DNA of 59,080 nucleotides from Acidobacteriota bacterium (GTDB taxonomy: Bacteria > Acidobacteriota > Blastocatellia > UBA7656). Positions within the stretch are counted from its first letter, which is position 1, and every line of letters begins with the position of its first letter. The notes under the pieces were generated by a model that saw only the letters and a list, made by a program, of their open reading frames with translations, made no database searches and was not told where the DNA came from. The stretch covers positions 1 through 59,080 of the forward strand of contig JBFMAU010000001.1 of assembly GCA_040755335.1 (NCBI GenBank). Direction: 5' to 3'. The position numbers were made by a program, and so were the translations under genes. Below, one piece after another: positions 58,406-59,080 of this stretch.

Positions 58406-58486
58406 AAATCACCTCAAAAGAAAATGGCAGATGTCAGAGTACAGGTGATCGAGCGATCTTATGCCCGGTTTTCGCAGGCCCGATGA

Positions 58487-59026
58487 TTATGGCTTTTTGA
58501 TCGCGCCTTCGACGGGACTCGCCGCGCCTTCGGTGTACTTCGCGCCGATCAGTTTATAAGTCTCCTCAGCGCGCTTGCGGAGCCTTTCAAGCCCTTCCTT
58601 GAAATCTTCTTCCTTTGCGTTTTCGTCGCAGAACCCGCAGCAGCTTTCAAACGTCAGATCGAATCTCTTCCACTGCTTCATCCCGCCCGGAGTTATCTGA
58701 TCCGTCACCGGACACCACACCGCGCTCATTGCCAGCATGAAGTTGTTTATGAATCGCTGCCGTCGAGCGGCTTCCGCATAGCGATCCGCGTCCTGAAAAA
58801 ATTTTTCCTTAGCGTCCGCCCTGCTTCCGCGATAGGTCACGCCCTTGTATTCCCACGTGGGGAGTTTTGCGTCCGAAGGCTCAAGATAAACGGGACACAA
58901 ATCCGTAGACTTCTGACGTTCGGAAATCTTCACCTTGTCGAGTTGAACCGCATCGGCAGGCAATTGAGCCAATGCTGGCGCGGCAAGAACGAAAATGACG
59001 AAAAGCGTTCGTGTTAAAAACTTCAT
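58487..59026 (-). CDS. Exported hypothetical protein
   Basis: ATG at 59026 (MKFLTRTLFVIFVLAAPALA signal peptide). Cys-containing (CPV, WCPV, CCGFCDE). No confident family assignment. Confidence 0.55.
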   Translation of the reverse strand: MKFLTRTLFVIFVLAAPALAQLPADAVQLDKVKISERQKSTDLCPVYLEPSDAKLPTWEYKGVTYRGSRADAKEKFFQDADRYAEAARRQRFINNFMLAMSAVWCPVTDQITPGGMKQWKRFDLTFESCCGFCDENAKEEDFKEGLERLRKRAEETYKLIGAKYTEGAASPVEGAIKKP

Positions 59027-59041
59027 CACTAATCCTCTCAA

Positions 59042-59074
59042 GAGTCCGGAGTCTGGAGTCTGGAGTCGAGAGTC
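59042..59074. repeat. GGAGTCT/GAGAGTC heptamer array (same family as 13988 and 27487), cut by the window end
   Basis: GAGTCCGGAGTCTGGAGTCTGGAGTCGAGAGTC. Confidence 0.8.
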
Positions 59075-59080
59075 AAAAGA

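Overview
The window is about 59 kb of GC-rich bacterial chromosome. Gene content and repeat style suggest Acidobacteriota, which is inference only. I see no rRNA, tRNA, CRISPR array or transposase. About 44 CDS are supported.

Left part (1-19.5 kb):
- An A/T-rich gene fragment at the window edge, tentatively a FokI-like nuclease.
- Exported cadherin-repeat, M28 peptidase and unknown proteins.
- An ECF sigma / RskA-type anti-sigma pair divergent from DUF4331 + TPR genes.
- A Bacillus-type sdhCAB operon.
- Uma2 nuclease, tryptophanase/tyrosine phenol-lyase, hemerythrin and a PLP dehydratase.

Middle part (19.7-49.4 kb), almost entirely minus strand and almost entirely exported proteins:
- A translationally coupled pair of large paralogous secreted proteins.
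- A TonB-dependent receptor followed by five alpha/beta-hydrolases/esterases and an M28/PA-like protein.
- A 12-kb array of periplasmic redox enzymes: two heme-c-fused PHM/DBH-like copper monooxygenases, a Tat-signal ThDP enzyme, a soluble PQQ dehydrogenase + cytochrome c, and an IorAB-type molybdenum hydroxylase.

Right part (49.4-59 kb):
- An A/T-richer islet with an ABC/SMC-type ATPase + small Toprim-like partner. This is my best candidate for an undescribed defence-type system.
- A tight egtD / ABC ATPase / permease-SBP fusion / S24-like operon with no egtB in the window.
- Ureohydrolase + proline dehydrogenase, a stand-alone patatin, and an exported protein.

Intergenic spacers carry at least six families of palindromic or tandem-repeat hairpin elements, plus a recurring ATTTTCAT 8-mer. 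All domain calls come from motif recognition by eye; no searches were run.
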